Below, in pieces: positions 61,201 to 64,000 of a stretch of 64,000 bases of DNA. Source of the stretch: Hydrolagus colliei (taxonomy: Eukaryota); the NCBI GenBank assembly GCA_035084275.1, contig CM068745.1:52948001-53012000 (forward strand), written 5' to 3'. The notes beneath the pieces are model-generated. The model ran no database searches, was not told the DNA's origin, and worked only from the letters and a program-made list of their open reading frames with translations. The position numbers and the translations under genes are program-made. Each line of letters starts with the position of its first letter. Within the stretch, counting starts at the first letter, position 1.

Positions 61201-62704
61201 GAAGGTACTTTATCTTTCAGGAGCCAGTAAAGATTAGGTTATGTTTCCAAGATGAAAGCACCAGTACCTGATGGAAGAATGTGCCTCTGAAAAATTTATT
61301 CTGAAACAGTGAAGCTTTTAAAGTGGTATTGTACCCTAACTAGAAGCACAGCAAAAACTTGCATATATATGGATCCCTTCATTTATGACCATGTCTCAGA
61401 ATGCTACAATAAGCAATTAAGAAAATAAGAATATTAGAAAACATGGAGCGATAAAAGATGATTTGGTCCAAAAAGGCCTCCTCCTTCCATAGATAGACCA
61501 GCAAAATCAATCTTGTGTAGATTTCACCATCTACTTTAATTCCTGGAGTAACTTTCTACGAAGATATTCCTTGATCTCCAAAGACAATGAAACACAATTC
61601 TAGTAACCATAGCTCAGAACATTATAAAATGCTACATACTGTATATGAATAGCAGCATTAGGAGCATGTGTTTTTCCACATGCAGTTATTGAAGTGTAAA
61701 ATTTGTCTAGCCTTTAGGTATGTGTGTGTATGTATAATAATAATGTAATATTGTAAATATGAATATTGAGGTATATGAAATAATTATTGGAAGTATTACA
61801 GCTTCTTATGCTTTGCTGCCATCTTAGGTTAGAACATGTGGTTAGTTTGTGTAAAACACTGCAATGTTTCAAGTATAAATTCCTGGTATTAATGTGCATT
61901 TTAATTTTTTACTGGTGGTGAATAAATGCAGTAATAATAGTGGGTGGAAAATTTCCATCGGTCATTTCGAAAACAACGGTGTGCTGCAAACTTTCCTTTT
62001 TAAAATTGTGTACATATTGTATATACTAATACCAAATTTGATGTTGTTCTGGCACTAAGGCAAGGCTGTAACTGAATTGGGCACAGATATAGCAAATAGT
62101 AATAAACTGCTTGTCTTTCATATAGTATAATGTAAAATGCATTATGCAAACTCAGGAAATACCAAAAGCTACCCTACTTTAACAGTTAGATCCTGTCTGT
62201 CTCACTGCAACCCTCCTTAACATTGGGCAGGTGACTCGATTAAACATAAACCATGCATAAAATGCCTTACATGGGGCAGTGCAGTGAATCGAGCAAATTA
62301 TCAACTGGCAAAACTGATTTTGTGCTTTGGGCAATGTGAGCTGCCAGCACTTATACATCAAAACTTCAGTCACTGTAAGATTGATTTTATTTTGTTTATT
62401 TTAATTCCCTACAGCAAACTGCATTTATGAAGTAAAAATCTGTCAGCATTATAACACGGCCTCTGAGATATTGAACCCAAGCATCAAACAGGGTTACTTA
62501 TAATTTAAAAGCTTCAAATCTCACGTTTGTGCTGTTTTCCCAGACTGGAAAAACTAGAAGATGTGGACTTAGCAAATCAGGGTACCACAATTCATCACTT
62601 ATGTTCGCCAATGAGACTATTTTGACTTATTATTTTAAAATTGTGGAAATGTTTTTAATTCAGTTTTACTTCTTCGGAATCTATTTCTGCAGTTCCTAAG
62701 AAGA

Positions 62705-63004
62705 GGCCTGTAGCTCAGTGGTTAGAGCACTCGCCTTGCAAGTGAGATTCCTGGGTTCGATTCCAGGCAGGGCAAAACCTCGGGCAAATTTCCTTACTCC
62801 ACACCTGATAATATTCCCTCAAAGAATAAAAACAATAATAAATTGGTCACCTGAATCCATGACTGTTTGTGGGACACTGCTGTGCGCAATTGGCTGCTAC
62901 ACTTTGCCCACAAATATGCAGTCTTTACAGTATATTCTGTCAAGCTCTTTGAGACATCTAGAAGACGTGAAAAGCACTATATCACATGCAAGGATTATTT
63001 ATTA
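62705..63004 (+). mobile_element. Full-length young SINE: tRNA-Ala(UGC)-derived head, Deu domain, L2-type tail
   Basis: A box TAGCTCAGTGG (62711-62721), B box GGTTCGATTCC (62754-62764), D stem GCTC/GAGC, anticodon arm CTCGC-CTTGCAA-GTGAG, then the family body and tail. Confidence 0.93.
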
Positions 63005-63469
63005 ACCTGCTTCCAAAACAAAGCTGAATTTAAGAATTTTCAATAATTCTATGTAATCTTGAAATACAAGTATGAAACAAAATAGTCTTATGGCTAAGAT
63101 TAGGTAGAATTTCAGGCATCAGATGAATCGTTTTGACTTGAGGATGTGGACATAAAAGCACTTTAGAGAGCAATGAAAATAGATGCCTGTGGCATCACAA
63201 TTAACCCAACCTAGAAACTGGATAAGTATTTAATTGGAGACAAACAGCAAGTTAACAGTAAAAGTACATCCATTAACTGGGCCAATAGAAAAGTACGGAA
63301 ATATTTGACAAAATTGTGGTGAAATGTTTGACAAATTAAAGATTTTTACGGTCTGACTCTTAATAAACCATGTGAACAACAAATTCCATGTTTTAATAAA
63401 TGCTGCATGAAAACATTTCTGCTGATCCTTAACTCTTGCAGTTACAATCCTGACCTTATGCCCCTAGTT

Positions 63470-63555
63470 ACACATTTACCAGCCAATGGGAATAATCTTT
63501 CACTGTCTATCCTCTCAGAATTTTGAAGACCTCCATTTGATCCCCTTTTAACCCA
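63470..63555 (-). mobile_element. Short CR1 ORF2 fragment
   Basis: 'aatctttcactgtctatcctctc...aattttgaagacctccatttgatcccctttta' is antisense to the LRGD.MEVFKI motif seen at 36290 and 48850. Confidence 0.5.
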
Positions 63556-64000
63556 ATGATTCATCAGAGCGCAAATGAAGTTGAAATTTACATTGAACCT
63601 TGCCCTCTTCAAATGCTCAGTTGCCGCAGTGCAAACTGATTTGCATTGCCTGCTTCATGAGTATCTGTCTACCTCAGCTTCCTGTCTATAGCAAAGATCA
63701 ATTATTTACCAAAGAACATTGTACCATATTTATGAACTTGAGCTTTGCATTCCACACGGGTGCTTTAAGACCTTAATAGATTAAAGAATTAATGAGAGAC
63801 AGAGTTAAACTAAGCATATTCATACCTAGTTGCACTGAAACTGATAAATGGTGGTGTCAGTACTAGTTATAATTTTTTCGGAGGGATAAAACATTTTTAT
63901 ATGGTGTCAACTTTTTTTGTTAACATCCCTGTTGTTATTTACAACACAGATTCAGGGAACAGTAGAGCAAGATGCTGTGACTGTGACTGTTCAACTGGCC

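Larger units (their letters stand above)
47491..64000 (+). other. DACH1: DACH1 intron 2 (5' portion; exon 3 not reached)
   Basis: Begins GTAATG; the expected next exon (LTAAAAAA...EAMKVKKIK) does not appear in the ORF track or the sequence. Confidence 0.85.

Noticed and set aside
62705-62773. tRNA-Ala(UGC) gene (also 41064-41135)
   Set aside because: Acceptor and T stems are imperfect, there is no terminator right after it, and it continues directly into a multi-copy SINE body.
4858-63004. Recurrent ~36-bp palindromic motif (gcgctttgagacgtc...gtgaaaagcgc) as a CRISPR-like or recombination-site array
   Set aside because: Copies are dispersed on both strands at irregular kb spacing and always form the 3' tail of SINEs or LINEs; there is no repeat-spacer periodicity and no associated genes.

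Overview
Vertebrate genomic DNA, not prokaryotic. The repeat families suggest a cartilaginous fish, plausibly a holocephalan such as the elephant shark; the species is inferred, not shown. The only protein-coding host sequence I can support is one 116-bp internal exon on the + strand (47375-47490). Its peptide (S)SRPGRPPKRSQSVTSPENSHIMPHSVPGLMSPGIIPPT(G) matches exon 2 of Dachshund homolog 1 (DACH1), so the rest of the window is the 3' ~47 kb of intron 1 and the first ~16.5 kb of intron 2. The introns contain (i) repeat-free blocks rich in Pbx-Hox, Meis, POU and TCF motifs that look like the conserved non-coding enhancers DACH1 is known for, and (ii) a layered transposon record: a younger tRNA-Ala-headed Deu-domain SINE with an L2-type tail, older SacSINE1-like and AmnSINE2-like SINEs, L2 and CR1 LINE fragments, an internally deleted Tigger/pogo element, and two tiny MITEs. 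Several insertions are nested, with readable target-site duplications (TSDs). There is a 156-N assembly gap at 28383-28538. I found no evidence of a wholly new genetic system. The most interesting observations are the exon-adjacent conserved block, the enhancer-like motif clusters, a LINE/SINE 3' hairpin with a compensatory change, tail-target microhomology at L2 insertions, and several palindromic or duplicated scars. Repeat family names come from my memory of consensus sequences, and most repeat boundaries are approximate (about 10-30 bp).
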